Position numbers and translations under genes: made by a program. DNA of 63,701 nt, filler included, from Candidatus Rokuibacteriota bacterium (GTDB lineage: Bacteria > JAUVQV01 > DATDCY01): assembly GCA_031406795.1 (NCBI GenBank). It is 6 parts of 6 records of this genome, joined end to end, with 100 filler letters (N's around TTAATTAATTAA, not from the genome) between each part and the next. Parts side by side here need not be neighbours in the genome. Positions count along the whole stretch, not along the records: positions 13,069 to 24,778 come from JANOHV010000221.1; positions 24,879 to 51,625 come from JANOHV010000243.1; 4 more parts are not named here. One strand, written 5' to 3'. Shown here in pieces: positions 20,256-30,927 of the stretch; positions within the stretch are counted from its first letter, which is position 1, and each line of letters starts with the position of its first letter. The notes beneath the pieces were generated by a model. That model had not been told where the DNA came from. It made no database searches and worked only from the letters and a program-made list of their open reading frames with translations.

Positions 20256-22499
20256 TCAACCCCCGAATCCCAGGAGTCTTCCCCCCTGGTAGATCACGAG
20301 GGCGACGCTCCAGGCGAGCGCCGACTGGTAGGCCAAGGCCACTCCGAACCACTTCCAGGTGCCGAACTCCTGGCGCATCGCGATGGCGACCACCATGCAC
20401 GGCATGTAGAGCAGCACGAAGACCATGAACGCGTAGGCGGACAGGGGCGTGAAGGCATTGCCGACAGCCGCCTTGAGGGGGGTGGCTCCGGATTCGTCCT
20501 CCGTGCTGAGGCTGCTGACCCCGAAGGTCGAGACGACGTTGGCGGCGGCCGCTTTGAAGGCGCCGCCGAGGGAAACGCCGATCTCCCTGAGGTCCTCGCC
20601 CAGGGTCGGCGGCGGCTCCAGGGCTTTCGCCTCAATGTGTTCCGGGGAGGCGTAGATCTCGCCCATGGTCCCGACGACGATCTCCTTGGCGATGATGCCG
20701 GTGATCAGCGAGGCGGACGCCTCCCAGGTGCCGAAACCGAGGGGTGCGAAGATCGGCGCGATGGCGGCGCCCGTCCTGCCGAGGTAGGAGTCGCGCTTGT
20801 TTTCAACACCCCAGGGGAGGTTGAGCAGGAACCAGACGAGGACCGCGACGGCCAGGATGTACGTTCCGGCCTTGATCAGGAAGTGCTTCCCCTTCTCCCA
20901 GGTGTGAATCAGCAGGCTCTTCAGGGTCGGCATCCGGTAGGGTGGGAGTTCCATGATGAACATCGGCGCTTCGCCGCGGAAGAGCGTCTTTTTGAAGATC
21001 ACTCCCATCAGGATGGCCAGCAGAATTCCCAGCAGATAGAGCGACCAGATGACCGTCCCCGAGCTGTCGGCGAAGAAGATCCCGGCGAAGAGGACGTAGA
21101 CCGGCAGCCGCGCTCCGCACGACATCAGCGGCAGCAGCAGGGCGGTCAGCGCCTTGTCCCGCGGATTTTCCAGCGTGCGGGTGGCATAAATGCCGGGAAC
21201 GTTGCAGCCGAAGCCAAGGAGCATCGGGATGAAGCTCTTGCCGTGCAGCCCGATGGCGTGCATCGCCCGATCCATGACGAAGGCGGCCCGCGCCATGTAG
21301 CCGCTGCCCTCGAGGAAGGTGATGAAGAACATCATCATGAAGATCACCGGGACGAAGACCAGCACGAAGCCGACGCCGGAGATCACGCCGTCGAGGGCCA
21401 GCGACACGGTCCAGTCCGGGGCGCCGATCAGCCCCAGCCCGGCCTCGACCCAGCGCCGGATGGGACCGGAGATCATGCCGTCGAACCAGTCGCCGAAGGG
21501 TGAGGAGAGATCGAACGTCAGTTTGAAGACCAGCCACATTGCGGCCAGGAAGATCGGTATGCCGAGGAAACGATTGAGGACGACGCGGTCGATCTTCTCG
21601 GTGATCTCCCGCTTGCGCAGTTCCGGCTTCCGGAGCACCTCGCGGGTGAGTCCCGAGGCGAGAGCATAGCGGGCTTCGGCCATCAGCGCCTCGAGGTCTG
21701 CGCCATGGGCGCGGCGCAGGTGGCCGAGCGCCTCGCCATCCAGGTCATCAAGTCCGACGTTCGCCTCCCGGGCCACCGCTGCGTCCCCCTCCATCAGCTT
21801 GCAGGCGAGCCAGCGCAGGGGGTACGTGTTTGCCAGGACCGGGTGTCGCTCCTGGATGAACGCGACGATGCCGTCGATTGCGTGCTCGATATCCGCGTCG
21901 TATCTCGACGGCTTCGCCGTCTGGGCGGCGGTGGTCTGGGCGATCCGCAGCGCCGCTTCGAGGAGTTCCTTGGTCCCCCGGTCTTTGGTCGCCGCCGTCG
22001 GGACTACAGCGATTCCGAGCAGCCGCTCGATGCCGGTGACGTCGATGCGGTAGCCCTTGGCCTCGGCCTCGTCGGACATGTTGAGGGCCATCACCACCGG
22101 CAGGCCAAGCTCCAGCAGCTGCATGGTGAGGTAGAGGTTGCGCTCCAGGTTGGTGGCGTCGACCACGTTGATCACCAGGTCGGGCCGCTCGTGCACCAGG
22201 TAGTCGCGGGCGATGATCTCCTCCTGGGTGTAAGGGGAGAGCGAGTAGGTGCCGGGCAGGTCCACCAGGCGGATCGTGCTGCCTTCGAACTCGAACTGCG
22301 CTTCCTTCTTCTCCACCGTCACCCCCGGCCAGTTGCCGACGTGCAGCCGGCTGCCGGCGATGGCGTTGATCAGGGTCGACTTGCCGGCGTTGGGATTTCC
22401 GGCGACCGCCACGGTGATGACACGCTTTCCGGTGCGGCTCTGATTGGTCCGGCCGGCAGTCGATCCGGTGCCGGCGACAGGCTCGGTCGCTACGCTCAT
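20256..22499 (-). CDS. feoB: Ferrous iron transporter FeoB
   Basis: GNPNAGKS, GNWPGVTVEKK, DLPGTYSL, GFGCNVP, MSCGARLPVY. Confidence 0.98.
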   Translation of the reverse strand: MSVATEPVAGTGSTAGRTNQSRTGKRVITVAVAGNPNAGKSTLINAIAGSRLHVGNWPGVTVEKKEAQFEFEGSTIRLVDLPGTYSLSPYTQEEIIARDYLVHERPDLVINVVDATNLERNLYLTMQLLELGLPVVMALNMSDEAEAKGYRIDVTGIERLLGIAVVPTAATKDRGTKELLEAALRIAQTTAAQTAKPSRYDADIEHAIDGIVAFIQERHPVLANTYPLRWLACKLMEGDAAVAREANVGLDDLDGEALGHLRRAHGADLEALMAEARYALASGLTREVLRKPELRKREITEKIDRVVLNRFLGIPIFLAAMWLVFKLTFDLSSPFGDWFDGMISGPIRRWVEAGLGLIGAPDWTVSLALDGVISGVGFVLVFVPVIFMMMFFITFLEGSGYMARAAFVMDRAMHAIGLHGKSFIPMLLGFGCNVPGIYATRTLENPRDKALTALLLPLMSCGARLPVYVLFAGIFFADSSGTVIWSLYLLGILLAILMGVIFKKTLFRGEAPMFIMELPPYRMPTLKSLLIHTWEKGKHFLIKAGTYILAVAVLVWFLLNLPWGVENKRDSYLGRTGAAIAPIFAPLGFGTWEASASLITGIIAKEIVVGTMGEIYASPEHIEAKALEPPPTLGEDLREIGVSLGGAFKAAAANVVSTFGVSSLSTEDESGATPLKAAVGNAFTPLSAYAFMVFVLLYMPCMVVAIAMRQEFGTWKWFGVALAYQSALAWSVALVIYQGGRLLGFGG

Positions 22500-22723
22500 T
22501 TGAGCTCCTCGACGACGATCCCTTCCGCTTCCTTCTTGCGGAGAGAGAGTTGATAACTCTTGATCGTCACCTCGATGGGGTCGCCGAGCGGGGCGACCTT
22601 CACGACCGTGATGCTTTCCCCCACCAGTACCCCCATGTCCATCAAGCGGCGGCGCAGCGGGCCGATCGTCCCGATGGCGGTGATCCTTCCCTGTTCTCCG
22701 GGTCGCATCGTTGCCAGATTCAT
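22496..22723 (-). CDS. feoA: FeoA family protein
   Basis: RRRLMDMGV...KVAPLGDPI...LSLRKKEA. Confidence 0.95.
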   Translation of the reverse strand: MNLATMRPGEQGRITAIGTIGPLRRRLMDMGVLVGESITVVKVAPLGDPIEVTIKSYQLSLRKKEAEGIVVEELK

Positions 22724-22965
22724 TGCTGTCTCCTTACCAGGATCTTCATGGCCACCCTGCGGTCGATGGCGAGCCTCGATTCGTCCACCTTGAGGAGGAG
22801 GGGACCGCCCCCGCCGTTGGTGAGCATCTCCACGGTCTTGCCGACGCGCAGGCCCATGTCCTCCGCCCGGCAGTCGCAGGCACTCTCCGGGTTGGCCCTG
22901 ATGGACGTGATTTCCGCCTGCTCGCCGGCACAGAGAAGTCCGAGCGGGAAGTTCACCGGTGCCAT
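22720..22965 (-). CDS. feoA: FeoA family protein (second copy)
   Basis: RAEDMGLRVG...GPLLLKVDESRLAIDRRVAMKI. Confidence 0.88.
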   Translation of the reverse strand: MAPVNFPLGLLCAGEQAEITSIRANPESACDCRAEDMGLRVGKTVEMLTNGGGGPLLLKVDESRLAIDRRVAMKILVRRQQ

Positions 22966-22979
22966 CCTTTCTGTGGTAG

Positions 22980-22994
22980 TGAGAATCATTATCA
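22980..22994. promoter_or_regulatory. Fur box upstream of feoA
   Basis: 7-1-7 TGATAAT-G-ATTCTCA on the minus strand. Confidence 0.85.
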
Positions 22995-23012
22995 TATACC
23001 TGTGAAAAAAAA

Positions 23013-23477
23013 TCAGCCGCCACCGCCGCGGCACGCGCCGCAAACGCCAAAAAGTTCCAGCCGGTGGTCGGTCACGACGAACCCGTGCCGCTCGGCAACC
23101 CGCTGTTGCAGCTCTTCGATCTGGTCGTTCTCGAACTCGACGATCCGGCCGCAGTGCCGGCAGACGAGGTGATCGTGATGAGACCTCCGGAAGGGCGACT
23201 CGTAGCGCGCGAGTCCGTCCCCGGTGTTCATCCCCGTTGCCAGGCCGGCTTCCCGGAGCAGTTTCAGTGTCCGGTAGACCGTGGCCTGGCCGATCCCCGG
23301 ATGCGCCTCCCGGACCCTGCGCGCGATCTCCTCGGCGCTGTGGTGTCCCTCGAATCGGAAGAAGAGGTCGCCGATGATGCGCCGCTGGCCGGTCAGCCTC
23401 AGCCCACGCTCGGAGAGGAAGTGCGTGAATCGAGCTGTCGCGCTCGACGCTACGTTTTGAACATTCGCCTTCTTCAT
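23013..23477 (-). CDS. fur: Ferric uptake regulator family protein
   Basis: GLRLTGQRR, HHSAEE, ATVYRTL, HHDHLVCRHCG, CGAC. Confidence 0.93.
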   Translation of the reverse strand: MKKANVQNVASSATARFTHFLSERGLRLTGQRRIIGDLFFRFEGHHSAEEIARRVREAHPGIGQATVYRTLKLLREAGLATGMNTGDGLARYESPFRRSHHDHLVCRHCGRIVEFENDQIEELQQRVAERHGFVVTDHRLELFGVCGACRGGGG

Positions 23478-23484
23478 ACGGTGA

Positions 23485-23513
23485 ACAGTAACGATATTGA
23501 TAATAATTGTCAA
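23485..23513 (-). promoter_or_regulatory. fur promoter with a Fur box over the -35 (autoregulation); leaderless
   Basis: TTGACA-N17-TACTGT, 7 nt to ATG; box TGATAAT-A-ATTGTCA at 23498-23512. Confidence 0.8.
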
Positions 23514-23562
23514 TAGCGAAATACAGAGTCCCCGACGCACGTCGGTAAAACGCCGCTGGTCA

Positions 23563-24177
23563 TCACGGCAGGTAACGGGCGATCTGGTCGGTTCCCTGTT
23601 TCTTTGGGCCTTTCGCAGGCGCCGCGCCGTAGCCGACCGGTATCACCGCCATGAACTCGCCCCGGGGCTCCCCGAGAAGCTTCAGCACTTCATCCTTCAT
23701 CAGATAGAGAATCCCGAGCCAGACCGACCCGAGTCCGAGTGCCGTGGCGGCCAGCAGCAGGTTCTGCGCCGCCGCGGCGCTCCCCTGGATCTCCATCGTG
23801 CGGAAGAAGTCCCGGTTCTGCTCGCCGGCGATCGGGAAGAGTTCCGCGCCGTGGCGCATCAGCTCCCCGGTGTTGGCGACCGCGATCACCGCCGGGGCGC
23901 TGGCGATGGTGCGCGCCGCCATGCGCAGCAGCACGTTGGTCGGCCGCGGAAACTCCAGCGAGCGCGCCGAAACCAGCGCCGCGAGTTCGCGCTTCTTCTC
24001 GGGTCCCAGCACGAGAAAGCGCCAGGACTGGCTGTTGTGGGCCGAGGGGGCCTGGTTGGCGGCTTCGATCAGCGCGCCGATGAGCGCCGCCGCCACCGGG
24101 CGGCCGTCGAAGACCCGGACGCTGCGACGCCGGGCGATCGTGGCGAGGGTCTCGTTGCCGATTGCCGGTTCATCCAT
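23563..24177 (-). CDS. Nitroreductase family protein
   Basis: RRRSVRVF, APSAHNSQSWRF, QNLLLAATALGLGSVW. Confidence 0.92.
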   Translation of the reverse strand: MDEPAIGNETLATIARRRSVRVFDGRPVAAALIGALIEAANQAPSAHNSQSWRFLVLGPEKKRELAALVSARSLEFPRPTNVLLRMAARTIASAPAVIAVANTGELMRHGAELFPIAGEQNRDFFRTMEIQGSAAAAQNLLLAATALGLGSVWLGILYLMKDEVLKLLGEPRGEFMAVIPVGYGAAPAKGPKKQGTDQIARYLP

Positions 24178-24179
24178 CG

Positions 24180-24737
24180 TCAGCACTTCTCCGCCGGGGC
24201 TCTGATCTTTCTGACCAGCGCCGTCGTCGAGCGGTTTTTCACGAACGGGATCGCGACCACCGAGCCGCCGCGAGCCTCCACGACTTCGCGTCCGACGATG
24301 GCGTTGACGGCCCAGTCGCCGCCCTTGACGAGGACGTCGGGCCCGAGCGCGCGGATGAGCTGCAGCGGCGTCGCCGCGCCGAAGACGGTCACGTAATCCA
24401 CGCAAGCGAGCGCCGCCAGGATCTCGGCGCGATCCCGCGCGGGAGTCAGCGGGCGCCCCGGCCCTTTGAGGCGCCGCACCGACGCGTCGGAGTTGACGCC
24501 GACGACGAGCGCGTCGCCGAGCTCGCGCGCCTCCTGAAGATAGCGGACATGCCCGACGTGCAGCAGGTCGAAGCAGCCGTTGGTAAAGACGACCTTCTTG
24601 CCGGCGCGCTGCAGGCTGCGGACGGCATCGGCCAGGGCGTCCCGCCCGAGGATCTTCCAGCGCAGGTGCGGCGTCGCCAGCGCGCGGGCGCAGGGCGTCG
24701 CGGCGCCGCACCCCGCCGGCCGCCCCGGAAGGCTCAC
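24180..24737 (-). CDS. rfaE2: D-glycero-beta-D-manno-heptose 1-phosphate adenylyltransferase (stand-alone HldE domain II)
   Basis: [44 protein letters not shown]. Confidence 0.92.
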   Translation of the reverse strand: MSLPGRPAGCGAATPCARALATPHLRWKILGRDALADAVRSLQRAGKKVVFTNGCFDLLHVGHVRYLQEARELGDALVVGVNSDASVRRLKGPGRPLTPARDRAEILAALACVDYVTVFGAATPLQLIRALGPDVLVKGGDWAVNAIVGREVVEARGGSVVAIPFVKNRSTTALVRKIRAPAEKC

Positions 24738-24778
24738 GGTTTGCCCAACCCCTCGCGCACCGCGGTGAAGAGCAGCGG

Positions 24779-24878
24779 NNNNNNNNNNNNNNNNNNNNNN
24801 NNNNNNNNNNNNNNNNNNNNNNTTAATTAATTAANNNNNNNNNNNNNNNNNNNNNNNNNNNNNNNNNNNNNNNNNNNN
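24779..24878. other. Artificial contig linker
   Basis: N runs + TTAATTAATTAA. Confidence 0.99.
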
Positions 24879-27250
24879 CTGACCGCGGCCGCCGCCTTGG
24901 CCTGCTCGGCGGCGCCGGTGCGCACCCGCCGGGCGATGTCGTCCAGGGCCGAGGCCGCCCCCGCGGCCCGCGAAACCGCCGCGCCGTGCCTGCCGACGGC
25001 TTCCCCGATCGTCTGCACCCGCTCCCCGATCCTGGCCACGGCGGCGGTGATCGCGCGACTGCCCGCGGACTGCTCGGCGACGGCCGAGGCGATGACGGCG
25101 ACGTTCTCCCGGGCCCGCGCCGCGCTCTCGCGGATCAGCTCCAAAGCCCGCCCGGCCTCGCTCGCGCGCACCACCTCGGCGTCGACGCGCCGGCGACCGG
25201 CCTCGATGGTCAGCACCGCCTCCCGCGTCGCGCTCTGGACCCCCGCGACGATCCCGACGATCTCCTTGGTCGAGGCCGCAGTGCGCTCGGAGAGGCGCCG
25301 CATCTGCTGAGCCACGACGGCGAAGCCGTGGCCGCGCTCGCCGGCCTGCGCGGCGATGATCGCGGCGTTGAGCGCCAGCAGCTGCGTCTGGTCGAGGATC
25401 TCCTCGATCACGACGACGAGCCGCCCGATCTGCTCCGAGCGGCCGCCGAGGTCGCCAATCACGTCCCGGGTGTGATGCACCACCGCGCCGAGCTCCTTGA
25501 TCCCGGCCAGGGCGGCGGCGACGGCCTGGCCCCCCTGCGCCGCGTCGAGTTCGGCCTGTCGGGCGTGGCGGTCCGTCGTCCTCCCCTTCTCCTCGACGGC
25601 TGCGATGGCCTGTTCGAGTTGGGCGATGGCAGCGCTGCCTTCCTGCGCCGCAGCGGACAGCTGCTGCAGCGCGGCGTCGACCACGCCGACCGAGGTCCCG
25701 GCCCCCTCGATGGCCGCACCGACATCGCGGGCGACCGCGGAGAAGGATTGCATCTGCTCGTCGATCCCGCGGGAGGCGGCGGCAACCTCCTGCGCCGCGA
25801 CGGCGCTCTCCTCGGCGGTGTCGGAGAGTGAGCGGGCGTTCCTGGCGATGGCGGTGCTGCTGTCGGCGATGCCCCGGACTCCGGCCTGGGCGGTGAGAAT
25901 CGCGCGGGATTGGGACTTCGAACCGGCCCGCACCCGGTCGGCCGCCGTGCGGATGTCGCCCGTGACCCCGCCCAGATCCACGGAAACCTGACGGATGCGG
26001 CACACCATCTCGGCAAGCCGGCCGACGAAGCGGTTGAAGCCGGTGGACAGGTCGCCCAGCTCGTCGTTCGAATGGATCGGCAGGCGCCGGGTGAGGTCAC
26101 CCTGCCCCTCCCCGATGCTCCGCAGACTGCCGACGACCTCGCCGAGCGGCAAAGTGACCGTGCGGGCGACGAAGAGCCCGCCGGCCACCGCGAGCAGGAT
26201 CGCCAGAGCGGCCAGGCCGAAGTTCAGCCGCTCGAGCGCCGCAATCCTTCCGCTGACGCCGCGCCCCCCCTCGAGCGCGAGGGAGGCGGCGAGATCGGCG
26301 TCCGTGCGCACTCCCTGGACGCCGGCGACCACCTGCTTCTCGATGGCGCCGAGACTCTCGCCCGTGCGCCGGCTCGCATCCCGCATCCGGCCGTTGAGGA
26401 TCTCGAGCGCCCGCTCCTGGTCGCGCAGAATCTTCTCCTCGCGGACGATCTGCGCGTCGATGTCCACGTTGATCGAGGTGAGCTGGGGCGGGACCAGGTC
26501 GCGGTAGGCGCGCCGGACCTCCTCCCACTTGGAGGCCATCGCCAGTCCGTTCATGCGCCGCGCGCCATCGAGAAGCCGGACGTTCGCCGCCCGCACCCGC
26601 GCCGCGGCGGCCGCGAACTCCGGCAGCGCCGTGCCGTGCCGGGTGAACACCGGCCCGGCCAGGAACTGTTCTACGGGCGTGTCGCGGACGTCGTCGTAGA
26701 TCAGCTCCACCAGCGAGCTCTGGACGAAGATCATGTTGGCGATCTTCAGGCACCAGGTGGTCACGCCGCGCTTGAGCTCGCCGAGCGCCTGTTCGAGGCC
26801 CTCGTGGCGCGCCTGCCAGATCCCGCCGATCTCGCTCTCCGCGGCGCGCAACTCCCGGTGCGCCTCCCGCAGGCCGGCGAGCGCCTCCTTCACGCCGGGG
26901 ACGCTCTCTTCGAGCTCGCGCGCGGTGGCGCCCGCGAGAAACGCCTCGACCGGGTCGGCCGCCCCGGCGCGAAAGAGCGAGACCTGCGGCTGGTTGGCGA
27001 TCATCGACTCCGCATAGCCGCGCAGCGCCTGATCGAGGGCGAACCGGGTCGCCCGTAGTTCGTCGAGCCGGGAGTTGACCTGCAGGAAGCGCTTCTGGGT
27101 TTCCACGGCCCGGGCCAGGACATCCGTCGAGCTGGTGCTCTCGCGCCTGATGACGCGGGTGGTCCACCGCGAAAGCCCCGCCATGGCGGCGACGATCGCC
27201 GCGAAGAAGAATATGCCGAGCCCGAGCCGGGCCCTGATGGTCAAGCGCAT
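24879..27250 (-). CDS. Methyl-accepting chemotaxis protein, 3' truncated
   Basis: Two TM helices, HAMP (GDLTRRLP...DELG), signalling hairpin [27 protein letters not shown]. Confidence 0.93.
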
Positions 27251-27711
27251 CTGCCGCCCCCGATCGTTGTTGGCTGCCCATGGTCGCGTTCGCGTGAAGC
27301 CAGGTCGGCGATGCCGTCATCCAGGAGTCCGCGCACTTCCGCAACGATTCTGGACAGGCTGCACGGCTTCTGCAGGAACTTGGCGCAACCGGCCGCAAGC
27401 GCGGCCGTGGCGTAAATCTCCGCGGGCAGCGCGGACAGCGCGATGACCGGCAGGTGGAGGAACCGGGCCTGGGCCTTGATTCTGCGGCAGAGGGCGATCC
27501 CGCCTTCATCGGGTACCGAGAGATCCAGCAGGACGGCGTCGACGCGGTGCGCAGACAGCATGATTTCCGCCGCGCGCGTGCTGGTCGCGCTGATCAGGCG
27601 CAGGTCCGGCTCCCTGCCGAAAGCCACCTCATACGCCAGCAGGTGATCCTCCTCATCGTCCACGGCCAGAACGAGGCGGCTTCGTCTTGCGCAACTCCGT
27701 GCCTTCTCCAT
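27241..27711 (-). CDS. Single-domain response regulator
   Basis: VDDEE, LLDLSVP, LSA, LQKP receiver motifs. Confidence 0.85.
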   Translation of the reverse strand: MEKARSCARRSRLVLAVDDEEDHLLAYEVAFGREPDLRLISATSTRAAEIMLSAHRVDAVLLDLSVPDEGGIALCRRIKAQARFLHLPVIALSALPAEIYATAALAAGCAKFLQKPCSLSRIVAEVRGLLDDGIADLASRERDHGQPTTIGGGRCA

Positions 27712-27860
27712 CGCTGTTCCCCTTTCACCACGCTCCGGGAGCAAGGATCGCCGCACCGGGTGAGCATGGCGTGAGGACGGCACGAAATTCCCGCTTTCGC
27801 ACTCCCCCCGTGGGAATCTCGGGTCGCGAACCCGGGGAACAGCTGGGTGCAGGCGGTTTG

Positions 27861-29699
27861 TCAGGCGACCTGCGCGATGTCGGCCGCGTCGGCAGCCGCG
27901 TGATGGGCCCGGAAGGCCGTCAGCCCGTCCCGGCCGAGGTAGCGCCCCAGCAGCGCGTCCGGCGCGCGCAGCAGATCGACGTCCAGCAGGCAGTCCCAGA
28001 CCCCGGAGAACTGCGGATCGCGGTTGAACGCCGCCACCCGGCCGGCGAGTCTCAGATACTGCTTGAGCATGATCGGCACCCCCTTGCGGTCGGGCTCCAG
28101 ATCGGCGACGAGCGCCCCGAGCTCATCGAGACCGCCGCAGACGGCGTTCGCCAGCCGGTTGTCCCAGTGCCTGCGCCGGGTGAACGTGATCGGCGTGCGG
28201 GGCCGCACCAGCCGTTCGAGCTCGGGGGCCCGGTGAGCCGCCTGCAGGAAGCCCACCATCAGTTCGCGCGAGATCGGCTGGTAGCTGTCGCTGATGCTCA
28301 CCGGGCCGAAAAGGTGGCGATACCGCGGATTGGCGACGATGAAGCGGCCGATGCCCCGCCAGAGCAGCAGCAGCGCCCCGAAGGATTTCTGATAGTCGGG
28401 CGCCACGAACGAGCGACCGAGCTCGAGCGCCGGACCGAGCTGGCGGAAGAACGCGGGATCGTAGGCGAACAGCGTGTTCGTGTAGAGCCCGCCCGGGCCG
28501 GAAGCGGCCAGCAGCCGGTCGACCTCGCCGAGGCGATACGCGCCGGCGACGGCCCCCGCGCCGCGGTCCCAGAGGATCAGGTGGCGATAGGTGGCGTCGA
28601 ACCGGTCGAGATCCAGCGCGCGGCCGGTCCCCTCGCCGGCGAGGCGGAAGGTGATCTCCCGCAGCCGCCCGATCTCGCGGAGCAATTCGGGGATCTGCCG
28701 GGCCTCGGCGCACCAGACTTCATTCGCCCCGCTGCTGACCAGCAGTCGGTCGGCGGGCAGCGCGGCCAGTTCGGCCGCGAGCAGATTCCGTGGGGCCGCC
28801 GGCGCAACGGGGAGCAGCCGCCTCGTGTCCGGGCGGCTGCCGGGGGCTCCCGCCCCGAGCGCCGGCCGGCTGCGGTCGGCGAGCGCGTAGGTGCGCAGCC
28901 GCAGGGAGGCGACGATCCGCTCGTCGTCCCCCAGCTGCTCGAGCGCGGCGGCCTCCACCGGCGGCCCGACGCGCATCTCGATTTCGCGGCCGCGCTTGTT
29001 CAGCAGTTCGCGCGGCAACAACGCGGTGCGCAGTCCCGGGTGCATGAGCCCGGCCCCCTGGAAAAGCGTGCCGTTCGACCCCGGAAAGTAGACCGGAATC
29101 ACCGCTGCCCCGCTGCCGCGCACGAGGCGCGCCACGCCGCGCTGCCAGGGCGGGTCGGTCACCAGCCAGCGCTCGGCCCGCAGGTGAGCGACCTCGCCGG
29201 CGGGGAAGAGCGCGACAACGCCGCCGCCGGCGAGCCAGAGCCGCGCCTGCCGGGAGGAGGCCGCGTTCGTGCGGGCGGCGGCGACGCCGCCGAAGACATC
29301 CACGGGGAGGATCAGCTCCTTCAGTTCCGGGACGCGCCGCAGCAGGTGGTTCGCGAGGATTCTCAGATCGCCGCGACGTTTCCCGATCGCGGCGGCAAGC
29401 ACGATGCCCTCGACGGCGCCGAAGGGATGGTTGCAGACCACGATCGCGGGGCCCGTGGCGGGGACGCGCTCGAGATCCTCGGCCGACGCGCGCCAGCGGA
29501 TGCCGAGGCGATCGAGCGCGCGGGACGCGAAGGCCGCGCCCACGGCGGTTCCCTGAACCTCGCGGTAGCGGGCGCCGAGTTCGGTCAGCGCCATCAGCCG
29601 CTCGAGCGTGCCGGCGACGATCGGGTGGAACGAGCGGCCCGGCGGCGGCTGCGGGCCGCGGCCGAGGCTGAAGATCGGGTCTGCGTCGTTCGGTCGCAT
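27861..29699 (-). CDS. Bifunctional PlsC-type O-acyltransferase + GNAT N-acyltransferase (OlsF-like ornithine/amino-lipid synthase)
   Basis: N-terminal NHPFGAVEG and FPAGEV; C-terminal EIGRLREITFR..GEGTG..LDLDRFD, GAYRLG, ELGRSFV. Confidence 0.8.
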   Translation of the reverse strand: MRPNDADPIFSLGRGPQPPPGRSFHPIVAGTLERLMALTELGARYREVQGTAVGAAFASRALDRLGIRWRASAEDLERVPATGPAIVVCNHPFGAVEGIVLAAAIGKRRGDLRILANHLLRRVPELKELILPVDVFGGVAAARTNAASSRQARLWLAGGGVVALFPAGEVAHLRAERWLVTDPPWQRGVARLVRGSGAAVIPVYFPGSNGTLFQGAGLMHPGLRTALLPRELLNKRGREIEMRVGPPVEAAALEQLGDDERIVASLRLRTYALADRSRPALGAGAPGSRPDTRRLLPVAPAAPRNLLAAELAALPADRLLVSSGANEVWCAEARQIPELLREIGRLREITFRLAGEGTGRALDLDRFDATYRHLILWDRGAGAVAGAYRLGEVDRLLAASGPGGLYTNTLFAYDPAFFRQLGPALELGRSFVAPDYQKSFGALLLLWRGIGRFIVANPRYRHLFGPVSISDSYQPISRELMVGFLQAAHRAPELERLVRPRTPITFTRRRHWDNRLANAVCGGLDELGALVADLEPDRKGVPIMLKQYLRLAGRVAAFNRDPQFSGVWDCLLDVDLLRAPDALLGRYLGRDGLTAFRAHHAAADAADIAQVA

Positions 29700-29708
29700 G
29701 ATCGCCTC

Positions 29709-30908
29709 CTAAGCGGTTCTGGTCCTGAGAAACGCCGGGAGCCGCGGCCTGAGCCACTCGCCGGTGGACCCCGGGGCGACAACGCGGGTGTCCGGGCCGA
29801 CGTGCAGCCGGTGGCCGCGCCAGGCGACGCGCATCGACACGAGAGGTACGAACCAGAGCGCGCCGATGACGAGATCCTTGACCGGCGCCAGCAGGCACAG
29901 CGGCAGCGGCATCCGCGCGTCGAGCAGGCGGCTCTTCCACGCCGCGCACAGAGCGGCGGCGCCGGCGGCGGCGCCCAGCAGCGCCAGCGAGCGCGACCCG
30001 GGTCGCGCGGCCGCCGCGCAGGCGGCGACGAAGACCGGATTGCCGATCAGTTCGGCGAGGTAGCGCGGGCCGCCGAGCCGCCGCCGCAATTTGCCCCAGC
30101 GGCTGTGGCGGCTGAGGAACCGCTTCGTCCCGCCGTAGATGTTCACGTTCGTGACCGGGTGCGGCGCCAGGACCACGCGCTGCCCCGCACGGTGAAACTC
30201 GCGGCCGATGACGTAGTCCTCGGCCAGAACGTCGCGGAACGCCCGCAGCCCGCCGATCTGCTCGAGGCCGCTCTTGCGGAAGAGCATCGACTTGCCGACC
30301 ACGCACGGCAGCCGCAGGATGCCGAACAGAAAGGCCGTCCCCCCGGCCACGAAGGTGTTCAGGTGCAGGTTCTCGAGCACCGAGCCGACGCTCCTGCCGC
30401 CGCAGCCGCGGATCGGGTTCGTGACGAGGCCGACGCCGGGGGCGAGCAGGGGCCGCACCGTCGCCTTGAGGTAAGCCGGGTCCACGACCACGTTGCTGTC
30501 GCTCACGAGCAGGATGTCGTGGCGCGCGGCGCTGTACCCGGCGCGCATGTTCCTGACCTTCGGGTTTTTCCCCTCCGACGAGCGTGAGACCAGGATGGAG
30601 ACCGGTGTCCGCGGGTTGCGGTCGCGGACCTTGCGGGCCACCGCGAGCGCGGGGTCGTTCGGGCTCTCGAGGCAGAAGATAATCTCGTACGCGGGATAGT
30701 CCAGGCGGCAGAAACTCTCCAGATTGCCGAAGAGATTGTCGTCGAGCCCGGAGAGCGGTTTGAGGATGCTCACGGGGGGCCAGGCCTGCTCCTCCACCGG
30801 GTCGTCGCCCCGGCGGCGCAAAGCGGCGCGCAGCGCCACCGCCTGCAAGAGGAGTCCGGCGATCCCGAGACCGACGACTGGGACCACGATCATCACGCTC
30901 AGATCCAC
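29709..30908 (-). CDS. GT21/GT2 ceramide-glucosyltransferase-like (HpnI-like) glycosyltransferase
   Basis: VSILKPLSG, NPKVRN, SDSN, GKSM, LAED, RHSRW. Confidence 0.88.
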   Translation of the reverse strand: MDLSVMIVVPVVGLGIAGLLLQAVALRAALRRRGDDPVEEQAWPPVSILKPLSGLDDNLFGNLESFCRLDYPAYEIIFCLESPNDPALAVARKVRDRNPRTPVSILVSRSSEGKNPKVRNMRAGYSAARHDILLVSDSNVVVDPAYLKATVRPLLAPGVGLVTNPIRGCGGRSVGSVLENLHLNTFVAGGTAFLFGILRLPCVVGKSMLFRKSGLEQIGGLRAFRDVLAEDYVIGREFHRAGQRVVLAPHPVTNVNIYGGTKRFLSRHSRWGKLRRRLGGPRYLAELIGNPVFVAACAAAARPGSRSLALLGAAAGAAALCAAWKSRLLDARMPLPLCLLAPVKDLVIGALWFVPLVSMRVAWRGHRLHVGPDTRVVAPGSTGEWLRPRLPAFLRTRTA

Positions 30909-30927
30909 GGCTCCCCTCCTTTGGTTG

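Noticed and set aside
17446-24778. tRNA as an integration site for an island
   Set aside because: No integrase and no duplicated tRNA 3' end seen on this contig
24734-24778. 3' end of an upstream gene (…[14 protein letters not shown]) overlapping the rfaE2 start
   Set aside because: Too short to identify; cut by the contig end
27712-27860. Possible c-di-GMP riboswitch or sigma54 promoter upstream of the receiver-MCP pair
   Set aside because: Neither the GEMM consensus nor a correctly oriented TGGCAC-N5-TTGC is present
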